From contig JBAZYK010000006.1 of NCBI GenBank assembly GCA_041659405.1, forward strand, positions 60,001 through 92,000: a stretch of 32,000 nt of DNA, written 5' to 3'. Below, in pieces: positions 1 through 7,061 of the stretch. This DNA is from Candidatus Altimarinota bacterium. Lineage in GTDB: Bacteria; Patescibacteriota; Gracilibacteria; UBA1369. A model generated the notes under the pieces. That model was not told the DNA's origin. It searched no databases and saw only the letters and a program-made list of their open reading frames with translations. Every line of letters begins with the position of its first letter. The stretch's first letter is position 1. Position numbers and translations under genes: made by a program.

Positions 1-191
1 ATCGTGTGATCGCCCAGAGCAAAGTATATAAAGTGCTCTTGGCTTCTGTAACTTATTTTAAGGCTGAAGTCGGCGATAAAGTTACGTTGGTTGTTCCGGA
101 ATTGGAAGACAGCGATTGGGGCGCCCTTGAAAATGTTCTCCCAAAAAGTGATGAACTAAGTGATAAAGATTACGACGATTTGGGAATTTAA
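1..191 (+). CDS. C-terminal fragment of an unidentified protein; the gene continues upstream of the window
   Basis: The frame is open from the window edge to TAA at 189-191. The tail is acidic (DKDYDDLGI). No family recognised. Confidence 0.35.
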   Translation, partial: RVIAQSKVYKVLLASVTYFKAEVGDKVTLVVPELEDSDWGALENVLPKSDELSDKDYDDLGI

Positions 192-242
192 ATACAGTAA
201 AAAACAAACAACAAGCAAAAAAAAACTAAAAACAACACAAAT

Positions 243-1286
243 ATGGCTCAACTTGATAAAATTTTCAGAACAGCGCTTCAATATAAAGCTTCCGATGTCT
301 ACATTTCCACCGGATCTAAGCCAATTCTGCGCATTAACGGCGATTTGATCCTGATCGATGAACACCCGGTTTTCACCAAGAAAATGGCCGAGGAGTTTCT
401 TTTGGAAATCATGACGGAAGATCAAAAGAAAGCTTTTGCCGCCAGTCTTGATTTGGATTTTTCGGTTGATGTTGAAAACATTGCCCGCTTCCGCGTAAAC
501 ATGTTCGTTCAAAGAAAAGGTATGGCGGGAGTTTTTCGTTTGATTCCGGAAGTAGTTTACAGCCTTGATGAACTTGGCCTACCGGAGCAATTAAAGAGAA
601 TTCCGGGATTTAAAAATGGCTTGGTGATTGTAACCGGACCAACCGGCTCGGGTAAATCGACCACCATGGCCGCAATTTTGAATGAAATTAACATTAGCGA
701 TGCCCAACATATTATTACAATTGAAGATCCAATTGAATTTGTTCACCAAAATAAAAAATCCATTTTTGAACAACGTGAAGTTAAAAGTCACACCAAAAGC
801 TTTGGTAGCGCCTTAAAATCAGCTCTGCGTGAAGATCCGGATGTGGTTTATATTGGTGAAATGCGTGATCTGGAAACAATTGCCCTGGCAATTACCGCAG
901 CAGAAACAGGACAACTCGTTTTAGCAACTTTGCATACAAGCGGTGCCGCCAAATCGGTTGATCGTATTATTGATGCTTTCCCATTTGAACAGCAAAACCA
1001 AGTGCGCGCCCAACTTTCCGAAAGTTTACGCGCCGTAATCTGGCAAAATCTTTTAAAAACCAAGGACGGGAAAGGCCGTATTGCAGCCATGGAAATGATG
1101 TTCAACAACAACGCCATTGCCAACATGATCCGCAAAGCTAAAACTCATCAGATTGATTCAGCGATTGAAACAGGCTTTAAAGAAGGCATGCAAACCATGA
1201 AGAAATCAGTCACGGATTTATTGGAAGCTGATTTAATCAGTGAAGACGAAGCTCTGGCTAGCATTCCAGCGGAGTTGGAGGCTTAA
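243..1286 (+). CDS. pilT: Type IV pilus retraction ATPase PilT
   Basis: 347 aa. Walker A GPTGSGKST, the ITIEDPIE motif, Walker B/His box (VVYIGEMRD, LATLHT) and the C-terminal AIANMIRKAKTHQI motif are typical of PilT, as is the length. Confidence 0.9.
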   Translation: MAQLDKIFRTALQYKASDVYISTGSKPILRINGDLILIDEHPVFTKKMAEEFLLEIMTEDQKKAFAASLDLDFSVDVENIARFRVNMFVQRKGMAGVFRLIPEVVYSLDELGLPEQLKRIPGFKNGLVIVTGPTGSGKSTTMAAILNEINISDAQHIITIEDPIEFVHQNKKSIFEQREVKSHTKSFGSALKSALREDPDVVYIGEMRDLETIALAITAAETGQLVLATLHTSGAAKSVDRIIDAFPFEQQNQVRAQLSESLRAVIWQNLLKTKDGKGRIAAMEMMFNNNAIANMIRKAKTHQIDSAIETGFKEGMQTMKKSVTDLLEADLISEDEALASIPAELEA

Positions 1287-1357
1287 GCAAGCCAAAGGCT
1301 TGCTCCGCGCCCCGCCTTGGCGGGGCATAGCAACAAAACCGTCCCGCCAAGCGGGAC
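1286..1357. terminator. Three consecutive GC-rich hairpins between the convergent pilT and rlmI-like genes; candidate bidirectional terminator
   Basis: AGCAAGCC-AAA-GGCTTGCT at 1286-1304. GCCCCGCC-TT-GGCGGGGC at 1309-1326. GTCCCGC-CAA-GCGGGAC at 1341-1357. On the minus strand the last hairpin is followed by GGTTTTGTTG. Confidence 0.55.
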
Positions 1358-1360
1358 TCC

Positions 1361-2617
1361 TTATCCTTTCTTCAGTAAAAGGTTAAATTTCAAATACTCC
1401 CCTTCCGGAAAATTGATTCGTAGTGGATGATCCGCGGGTTGAGTTTTGCTTTCCAGTAAAACCAAATCGGCATTAGCCTGCATGGCCGCTTTAAAAATTA
1501 TCGTCCTAAAAAGCGCCTGATCCACATGTGAAGAACATGAAGCTGTAGCCAAAATTCCACCGGGTTTTAAAACTTTCAAAGCCATTCTATTTAAGCGGAC
1601 ATAGCCATTAACCGCATTGGGCAGGTTTTCCCGACTTTTCACAAACGCCGGCGGATCCACAATCACCAAATCAAATTGCCGTTTTTCCGCAGAAGCTTTA
1701 TCCAAAAACGCAAAAACATCTTCGGCCACAAATTCATGTTGAGAACCGGAATCAGCACCTGTCCCAGCATTTTTTCCACTTTCATTATCAGCATCTTTGC
1801 CATTTTCAAACTCATTGAGTTTAAAATTTTTCCGGGCCAATTCCAAAGCATGTTTATCAACATCAACACTTATGGTTGAAATCGCTCCTCCAGAAGCAGC
1901 AGCAAGCGAAAATCCTCCACTGTAACTAAAAAGATTCAAAACCGATTTACCTTTAGAACAATCCGCCACCGCCTGCCGATTTTCGCGCTGATCAAGGAAA
2001 AAACCGGTTTTTTGCCCATGTTTCATATCCACAAAAAACTTCAAACCATGTTCCAAAATTTCATACTCATCCGCTGGCTCCACACCTGCCAACAAGCCTG
2101 TAGGTAAGGTTTGAAGCCCATCCTTTCGACGAACCTCAACATCACTGCGTTCATAAATTCCCTTGGGTTTAAAGACCTTTTGCAAAGCTTTAACCACAAT
2201 TTCACGCAGGCGATCCATCCCCAAAGTGTGAATCTGCACCACCAAAAATTCATTATATTTATCAACAATTAAGCCGGGAATCCCGTCACTTTCACTAAAA
2301 ACCAGGCGATACGCATTGGTTTTCCCCGGCAAAAACTTTTCACGCTGTTTTTTTGCCTGAGTAAAAGCATTTTCAAAAAATTTCTGATCAATTTCGATTT
2401 CTTCAGATCCAAAATAAAAAAGTCGCACCGCAATCTGGGAATGACTGTTGTAGTAACCTGTTCCCAAAATATGACCTTCCGAGTTGGTTATACGCACTAA
2501 AGTTCCACTTTCTATTCCCTGAACATGCTCCAAGGCTCTGGAAAAAAGCCAAGGATGTTTGAATTGAAGAGACCTTTCCCGTTCTTTTTTGATGATAATT
2601 CGTGGATACATGGGCAT
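1361..2617 (-). CDS. rlmI: RlmI-family SAM-dependent 23S rRNA m5C methyltransferase (PUA-like N-terminus plus class I MTase)
   Basis: Collinear similarity to E. coli RlmI: KHPWLF, SDGIPGLIVDKY, HGQKTGFFLDQR, LNLFSYSGGF, VIVDPPAF, DHP...FPEGEYLK. Start moved to ATG 2617 (MPMYPRIII) because the longer ORF reads through the tRNA. Confidence 0.85.
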   Translation of the reverse strand: MPMYPRIIIKKERERSLQFKHPWLFSRALEHVQGIESGTLVRITNSEGHILGTGYYNSHSQIAVRLFYFGSEEIEIDQKFFENAFTQAKKQREKFLPGKTNAYRLVFSESDGIPGLIVDKYNEFLVVQIHTLGMDRLREIVVKALQKVFKPKGIYERSDVEVRRKDGLQTLPTGLLAGVEPADEYEILEHGLKFFVDMKHGQKTGFFLDQRENRQAVADCSKGKSVLNLFSYSGGFSLAAASGGAISTISVDVDKHALELARKNFKLNEFENGKDADNESGKNAGTGADSGSQHEFVAEDVFAFLDKASAEKRQFDLVIVDPPAFVKSRENLPNAVNGYVRLNRMALKVLKPGGILATASCSSHVDQALFRTIIFKAAMQANADLVLLESKTQPADHPLRINFPEGEYLKFNLLLKKG

Positions 2618-2644
2618 TCGTGAAAATGATAATTTTTTGACTTT

Positions 2645-2721
2645 TGGTGGAGCTGAGGGGACTCGAACCCCTGGCCTCTTCCATGCCATGGAAGCGCTCT
2701 AGCCAACTGAGCTACAGCCCC
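2645..2721 (-). tRNA. tRNA-Ala (anticodon GGC) with encoded CCA
   Basis: The minus strand reads GGGGCTGTAGCTCAGTTGGCTAGAGCGCTTCCATGGCATGGAAGAGGCCAGGGGTTCGAGTCCCCTCAGCTCCACCA. It folds as a 77-nt cloverleaf with the G3:U70 alanine identity pair, anticodon loop AT-GGC-AT and a GGTTCGAGTCC T-arm. Confidence 0.95.
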
Positions 2722-2742
2722 AAATAAGCCAAAACAGCGCGA

Positions 2743-2771
2743 AGAATACCAAAAATGGCTTAAATACACAA
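2743..2771 (-). promoter_or_regulatory. Candidate sigma70-type promoter for tRNA-Ala (and rlmI)
   Basis: On the minus strand, TTGTGT (2771-2766), a 17-nt spacer, then TATTCT (2748-2743), about 20 nt upstream of the tRNA 5' end. Confidence 0.4.
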
Positions 2772-2788
2772 GATTTGATGCCCTCCCG

Positions 2789-2817
2789 TTGTTTTATAAG
2801 CCAAAAAATGGTATAAT
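2789..2817 (+). promoter_or_regulatory. Candidate promoter for the VirB2-like paralog cluster
   Basis: TTGTTT (2789-2794), a 17-nt spacer, then TATAAT (2812-2817) with an extended TG at 2809-2810. It lies 22 nt upstream of ATG 2839. Confidence 0.55.
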
Positions 2818-2838
2818 TTAGGGATTTAAAAAAACAAA

Positions 2839-3348
2839 ATGAAAAAAATAAAAAAGTATCTCATTTTAGGACTCCTTTTAATTCAAATGTTCGGCTCAAT
2901 TCCCGCTGTTTTTGCGGTTGTGAACAATGATGGACCACAGGCACCCGCACAAGGAGATGTCACTCCAACTCCAACTCCCACTCCAGCCACTCCAGCCACT
3001 CCCGCCGCTCCAAACTCCCTTATACAACAAGGCACCAGCAAGGAAAATCAACAATTCAAAGTCACCGATTATCTTAAAGCCAAAGACCAGGGAAGCGCAT
3101 ATTTAGGCAGCAAAGCTCCCATTGCCAGTTTTATCATTCAAATTATAAACTTTTTGGTTTTAACGATTGGCTCTCTCTCTTTTTTGGTAATTTTGATTGG
3201 TGGATTTATGTATCTTGTTTCACATGGCAATGAAACCCTTATAAACAAAGCAAAAGAAGCAATCACTTACGCAATTATGGGATTAGTTATTTCTCTTTCC
3301 GCTTACTTTATTGTCGCATTTGTTCAAAGCATTTTTTATGGACTCTAA
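2839..3348 (+). CDS. Secreted VirB2/TrbC-like (T4SS-pilin-like) small membrane protein, paralog 1 (TP-repeat linker)
   Basis: Signal peptide MKKIKKYLILGLLLIQMFGSIPAVFA, then the TPTPTPTPATPATPAAP linker. C-terminal two-helix hairpin with IGGFMYLVSHGNETLINKAKEAI...LSAYFIV. Confidence 0.7.
   Translation: MKKIKKYLILGLLLIQMFGSIPAVFAVVNNDGPQAPAQGDVTPTPTPTPATPATPAAPNSLIQQGTSKENQQFKVTDYLKAKDQGSAYLGSKAPIASFIIQIINFLVLTIGSLSFLVILIGGFMYLVSHGNETLINKAKEAITYAIMGLVISLSAYFIVAFVQSIFYGL
2962..3012 (+). repeat. Tandem ACTCCA / GCCACTCC(A/C) repeat encoding (TP)4(ATP)2AAP
   Basis: actccaactccaactcccactccagccactccagccactcccgccgctcca read directly inside paralog 1. Confidence 0.8.
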
Positions 3349-3952
3349 AAAAACAAAAATTTGGGCCAAAATTCTACTTTCCGGCATGATGATGTCGTTG
3401 ATGCTCAGTTTAAACATAGCCACAACTTCAGCACCTGCTTTTGCCGCTGCCATAGATTGCGATAACCTAAAAAAAGCAGACACAATTAAAGACTACATCA
3501 TCACAATCATGGAAGAAAGAATCAATCCACCGGGCACAAAGAACGCCGGTCAAAAGGGCGTAGAAATAAACACCAATAAAGATGAAGGTGTTTTAAATTG
3601 CTTTAGACAAACCACCCAAACTGATAAAGGACCAACCGAACAATATGTATCAACATGTAAACCAGGCGATAAAACCACCTGCCAACCGGTTCAAGTTATT
3701 TACGCCAAATCCGGAGCCAGCTTAATTTTCACCTACGTTGGCCTAATCTACCGCTGGGCCGCCGGAACAGCGGGCGTAATCACAGTCCTTTACCTGGTAG
3801 TTGCCGGAATCATGATGGCCAGTTCTCAAGGTGACGCCGCCAAATATGAAAAAGCCAAAGAATACATCATGAATTCGATTGCCGGCTTAGTGTTGCTCTT
3901 TTTATCCGCTTTGATTTTATACACAATCAACCCAAACTTTTTCACAATCTAA
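3338..3952 (+). CDS. VirB2/TrbC-like small membrane protein, paralog 2 (4-Cys ectodomain)
   Basis: Start chosen at ATG 3338 (MDSKKTKIW...APAFA signal peptide), overlapping the upstream stop by 11 nt. Four Cys in the middle region. C-terminal VAGIMMASSQGDAAKYEKAKEYI...LSALIL hairpin. Confidence 0.65.
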   Translation: MDSKKTKIWAKILLSGMMMSLMLSLNIATTSAPAFAAAIDCDNLKKADTIKDYIITIMEERINPPGTKNAGQKGVEINTNKDEGVLNCFRQTTQTDKGPTEQYVSTCKPGDKTTCQPVQVIYAKSGASLIFTYVGLIYRWAAGTAGVITVLYLVVAGIMMASSQGDAAKYEKAKEYIMNSIAGLVLLFLSALILYTINPNFFTI

Positions 3953-4365
3953 TGAAAAAAATCTTTCTCATCATTCTTGGAACATTGTTGATTGGAGCTT
4001 TGCAACTACCCATGATTTTTGCTGCAGCCACAATTTCAACTCCACCAATCAATCCACTTCAGGGTGAGGAAAAATCACCAATCTATCTTCCGGGAAGTGA
4101 TGCCCCAAATCAGGGATCATACATTCAGGGCAACTTTTTACCACGCGTCACCGGCACAATTATTGCCTTTGGCGGAGCACTTTCTTTGGTTTTTGTAATT
4201 ATTGGCGGCATTCAAATACTTACAGCTTATAAAGGCGATGAAGGACTTGGAAAAGCCAAAAAAACCTTAACCTTTGCGCTGGTCGGCTTTGTAATTTCTA
4301 TGCTTTCTTATGCCATCGTCCAGATCATTGTTTCTATCAATTTCACAACCCCACCTGTAAAATGA
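3952..4365 (+). CDS. VirB2/TrbC-like small membrane protein, paralog 3
   Basis: Signal peptide ...LPMIFA and a Pro-rich segment. C-terminal IGGIQILTAYKGDEGLGKAKKTL...LSYAIV. TAATG overlap with paralog 2. Confidence 0.7.
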   Translation: MKKIFLIILGTLLIGALQLPMIFAAATISTPPINPLQGEEKSPIYLPGSDAPNQGSYIQGNFLPRVTGTIIAFGGALSLVFVIIGGIQILTAYKGDEGLGKAKKTLTFALVGFVISMLSYAIVQIIVSINFTTPPVK

Positions 4366-4811
4366 TCCAAAAATTTATAAAAAAATCAGTTACACTCTTT
4401 TTGATTGCAGCCACGTTGCAAATGTTATTTGTGAGTGGATCGGTAATTGCTGCAGATCAACCGGCACCTCCTAAAAATAATGCCGGAGTTTCAACCGACC
4501 AATTACTTTACCCTTTCAATTATAAAAACGACACCACATCGGTTTCTTTGGTTAAAAAGCTTCCTTCCGGAACTCCACAAGTTATTATTGCAGGAGTTAT
4601 AAAATTGATTCTTTCAATTTGTGGAGTTTTAGCTTTAGTTTCTTTCACGGTGGCTGGCGTAATGTTTTTAACAGCGGCGGGAGCGGAAGAAAAAATCACC
4701 AAAGCCAAACACATGATCTTGTGGTCGATAGGAGCTTTAGCCATAATCGCGGTTTCATACGCAATCGTAACAGGCGTTTCTCAATTACAATTTTTCACTT
4801 CGGGACAATGA
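4362..4811 (+). CDS. VirB2/TrbC-like small membrane protein, paralog 4
   Basis: Signal peptide ...SGSVIA. C-terminal VAGVMFLTAAGAEEKITKAKHMI...VSYAIV. ATGA overlap at both ends. Confidence 0.7.
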   Translation: MIQKFIKKSVTLFLIAATLQMLFVSGSVIAADQPAPPKNNAGVSTDQLLYPFNYKNDTTSVSLVKKLPSGTPQVIIAGVIKLILSICGVLALVSFTVAGVMFLTAAGAEEKITKAKHMILWSIGALAIIAVSYAIVTGVSQLQFFTSGQ

Positions 4812-5320
4812 AAAAAATCCTCACAATCATCTTTGCGATTATCACTCTGACAAATTTTGGATTAGCCTGGAATTTGAATCAGGCTGTGCATGCCCAAAAC
4901 ACGCAGACAAGCACGCAAAACAACGCTGAGCAAAATGCCACCCAACAAAACACCCAAAGTTTTGGTTCGTATTTGCAGGGTCTGATTTCTTTACCCGACG
5001 AATTGCATCCAAACTTTGCCCCAGATGTTAAAATTGCAACCGGAGCCGATGGTAAAAGTTTGGAAAACACAAAAGGTTACGAAGCCGCATACGCCAACTT
5101 CTTCCTTCAACTTATTGCCGGAGGACTTTTATATTTGGCCGGCCCGGTCGCCATAGCAGTCATCGCCATTGGTGGTGTCCGCTACACCATTTCCCACGGT
5201 AACGAAACCATGCTGGAAGGCGCCAAAAAAACGTTGATGTACGGCGTCATCGGCCTTTTGATCATCATTTTCTCGTACGCCATCGTAAAGGGTATTGTCG
5301 GCGTAGTTGTTGGAATTTAG
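4808..5320 (+). CDS. VirB2/TrbC-like small membrane protein, paralog 5 (Q/N/T-rich ectodomain)
   Basis: Start set at ATG 4808 (MKKILTIIFAIITL...AVHA signal peptide), in an ATGA overlap with paralog 4. C-terminal IGGVRYTISHGNETMLEGAKKTL...FSYAIV. The 4619 start in the ORF track gives an implausible N-terminus. Confidence 0.7.
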   Translation: MKKILTIIFAIITLTNFGLAWNLNQAVHAQNTQTSTQNNAEQNATQQNTQSFGSYLQGLISLPDELHPNFAPDVKIATGADGKSLENTKGYEAAYANFFLQLIAGGLLYLAGPVAIAVIAIGGVRYTISHGNETMLEGAKKTLMYGVIGLLIIIFSYAIVKGIVGVVVGI

Positions 5321-5366
5321 GCCTTCTCGACCGCCAAACCAACACGGTCCGCGCGCGCAATCCGAT

Positions 5367-6935
5367 TTAAGTAATTGGCTTCTCCTCAATCAATCTTGGA
5401 AAAAGTGGTTCAGCTTTGGAAACTTCTTGCCCCACCGGAAGCAATCCCCATTTTCGTGCTGCATCGGTGCGAACTGATTCTGCCGAAATCCCCAAATATT
5501 CCAAAATTTTCCCCGCTGTCATTGGAATAAACGGCAAAAGCAAAAGTCCCAACTGACGGATCATTTCCAGCAAATTATAAATAACTTCTGCCAATTTTAG
5601 TTGATCTTCTTTTGCCAAAACCCAGGGCTTTTGTGATTCCACATATTCATTCGCAAAATACCCAAGCTCAATAGCCTGCTCCAAAGCCGCTTTAAGATCA
5701 AAAGCATTCATGTGTTGATCATATTTTTTCCAAAGATCCTGCAATTTTGAATCAAAAAAATCGTTGGTTGCCGCATTACCGGGAGTTTTTGAAGCATCAG
5801 GAACTTTCCCTTCAAAATATTTTTGATTCATCGCCAAAACACGACTCACCAAATTCCCAAAAGTATTGGCAAGTTCGGACTCATACAAAACCTTAAAACG
5901 CTCCTGGCTAAAGTCACCATCTTCGGTTGTCGGAATTTCCCTCAACACATAATAACGCAAAGCATCCGCGCTATATTGCTTCACCACATCAACCGGATCC
6001 ACCACATTATTCAAAGACTTACTCATTTTTTTGCCCTCGGAAGTTATAAATCCATGCACATAAATATTATGAGGAAGACGAATTCCCGCAGAAAGCAGCA
6101 TTCCAATCCAAATCGCGGAATGAAAACGCAAAATATCTTTTCCAATCAAATGCACATCAGCCGGCCAAAACTTCTTAAAAAGTTCAGCGCCCACAGATCC
6201 CGCATTTTCCTCGTCAGCATAACCAACACCTGTAATATAATTGGAAAGCGCATCACACCAAACATACATCACCTGGCTTGGATCATTCGGAACCTCAATC
6301 CCCCACTCCAAAGCCGCCTTTGGACGGGAAAAGCTGACATCTTTAAGACCTTCCTTCAAAACCGTCAAAATCTCATGCTTGCGGGCAGCAGGAACAATTT
6401 TCAAAACATCATCTTCAATCAATTTACGAATTTGTTCGGAATATTTGGAAAGTTTAAAGAAATAATTTTCTTCCTTTAGCTTTTCCGGAGCCTTGTTGTG
6501 ATTTGGACACATGCCGTTTACCAGATCCTTCTCGGTAATAAAAGACTCACAACCAACACAATAAAGACCTTCATAGCTGCCTTTGTAAAAATCGCCGGCC
6601 TCAAACATTTTCATCCAGATTTTTTGCGCACTTTTAATGTGATCCGCGTCTGTCGTGCGAATAAAACGATCATTGGAAAGATTCAGCAGATCCTTTAAAG
6701 CTCTAAAATGAGCGGAAATTTCATCCGTAAAAGCTTGGGGAGTAAGATTCTTTTCCTTGGCAGCCTGGGCGATTTTCATGCCATGTTCATCAGTACCGGT
6801 TAAATAAAAAACTGGAGTCCCCTGCGCACGATGGAAACGGGCAAGAACATCCGCCTGAATCACCTCCATCGCAAAACCAATATGCGGACGGGCATTCACA
6901 TAAGCAATCGAAGTCGAAATATAAAATTTAGGCAT
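5367..6935 (-). CDS. metG: Methionyl-tRNA synthetase
   Basis: Class I signatures AYVNARPHIGF (HIGH-type) and KMSKS, a CVGCE...CPNHN zinc knuckle, and a WCDALSNY block. Start set at ATG 6935 (MPKFYISTS). Confidence 0.92.
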   Translation of the reverse strand: MPKFYISTSIAYVNARPHIGFAMEVIQADVLARFHRAQGTPVFYLTGTDEHGMKIAQAAKEKNLTPQAFTDEISAHFRALKDLLNLSNDRFIRTTDADHIKSAQKIWMKMFEAGDFYKGSYEGLYCVGCESFITEKDLVNGMCPNHNKAPEKLKEENYFFKLSKYSEQIRKLIEDDVLKIVPAARKHEILTVLKEGLKDVSFSRPKAALEWGIEVPNDPSQVMYVWCDALSNYITGVGYADEENAGSVGAELFKKFWPADVHLIGKDILRFHSAIWIGMLLSAGIRLPHNIYVHGFITSEGKKMSKSLNNVVDPVDVVKQYSADALRYYVLREIPTTEDGDFSQERFKVLYESELANTFGNLVSRVLAMNQKYFEGKVPDASKTPGNAATNDFFDSKLQDLWKKYDQHMNAFDLKAALEQAIELGYFANEYVESQKPWVLAKEDQLKLAEVIYNLLEMIRQLGLLLLPFIPMTAGKILEYLGISAESVRTDAARKWGLLPVGQEVSKAEPLFPRLIEEKPIT

Positions 6936-7061
6936 TTTTTTAAACGTTAAAGACAAAGGTTTTATAGCACGGAAAAGCAATTTATGCCAAGCCTTCAAAT
7001 CAAATCCAGCCAATTCTTTTTCAGTGGCTTCTTCAAATCAGTAATACCCCTTCCATCTTCT

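Noticed and set aside
1-191. Considered calling the 5' fragment the C-terminus of PilB, because pilT follows.
   Set aside because: The 62 visible residues contain no motif I can tie to PilB/GspE or any other family, so the call is left as unknown.
2618-2689. N-terminal extension of the methyltransferase ORF (start at 2689).
   Set aside because: The extension translates the tRNA-Ala gene. The conserved RlmI N-terminus begins at MPMYPRIII (ATG 2617).
4619-4807. Upstream extension of paralog 5 (ORF-track start 4619).
   Set aside because: It overlaps most of the paralog 4 C-terminus in another frame. The signal peptide and the ATGA coupling support the start at 4808.
5823-6479. 218-aa plus-strand ORF antisense to metG. 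The 161-aa ORF at 15100-15585, antisense to ftsH, is a similar case.
   Set aside because: Both are shadow ORFs inside strongly supported genes, with low-complexity, Ile/Asn/Arg-rich translations.
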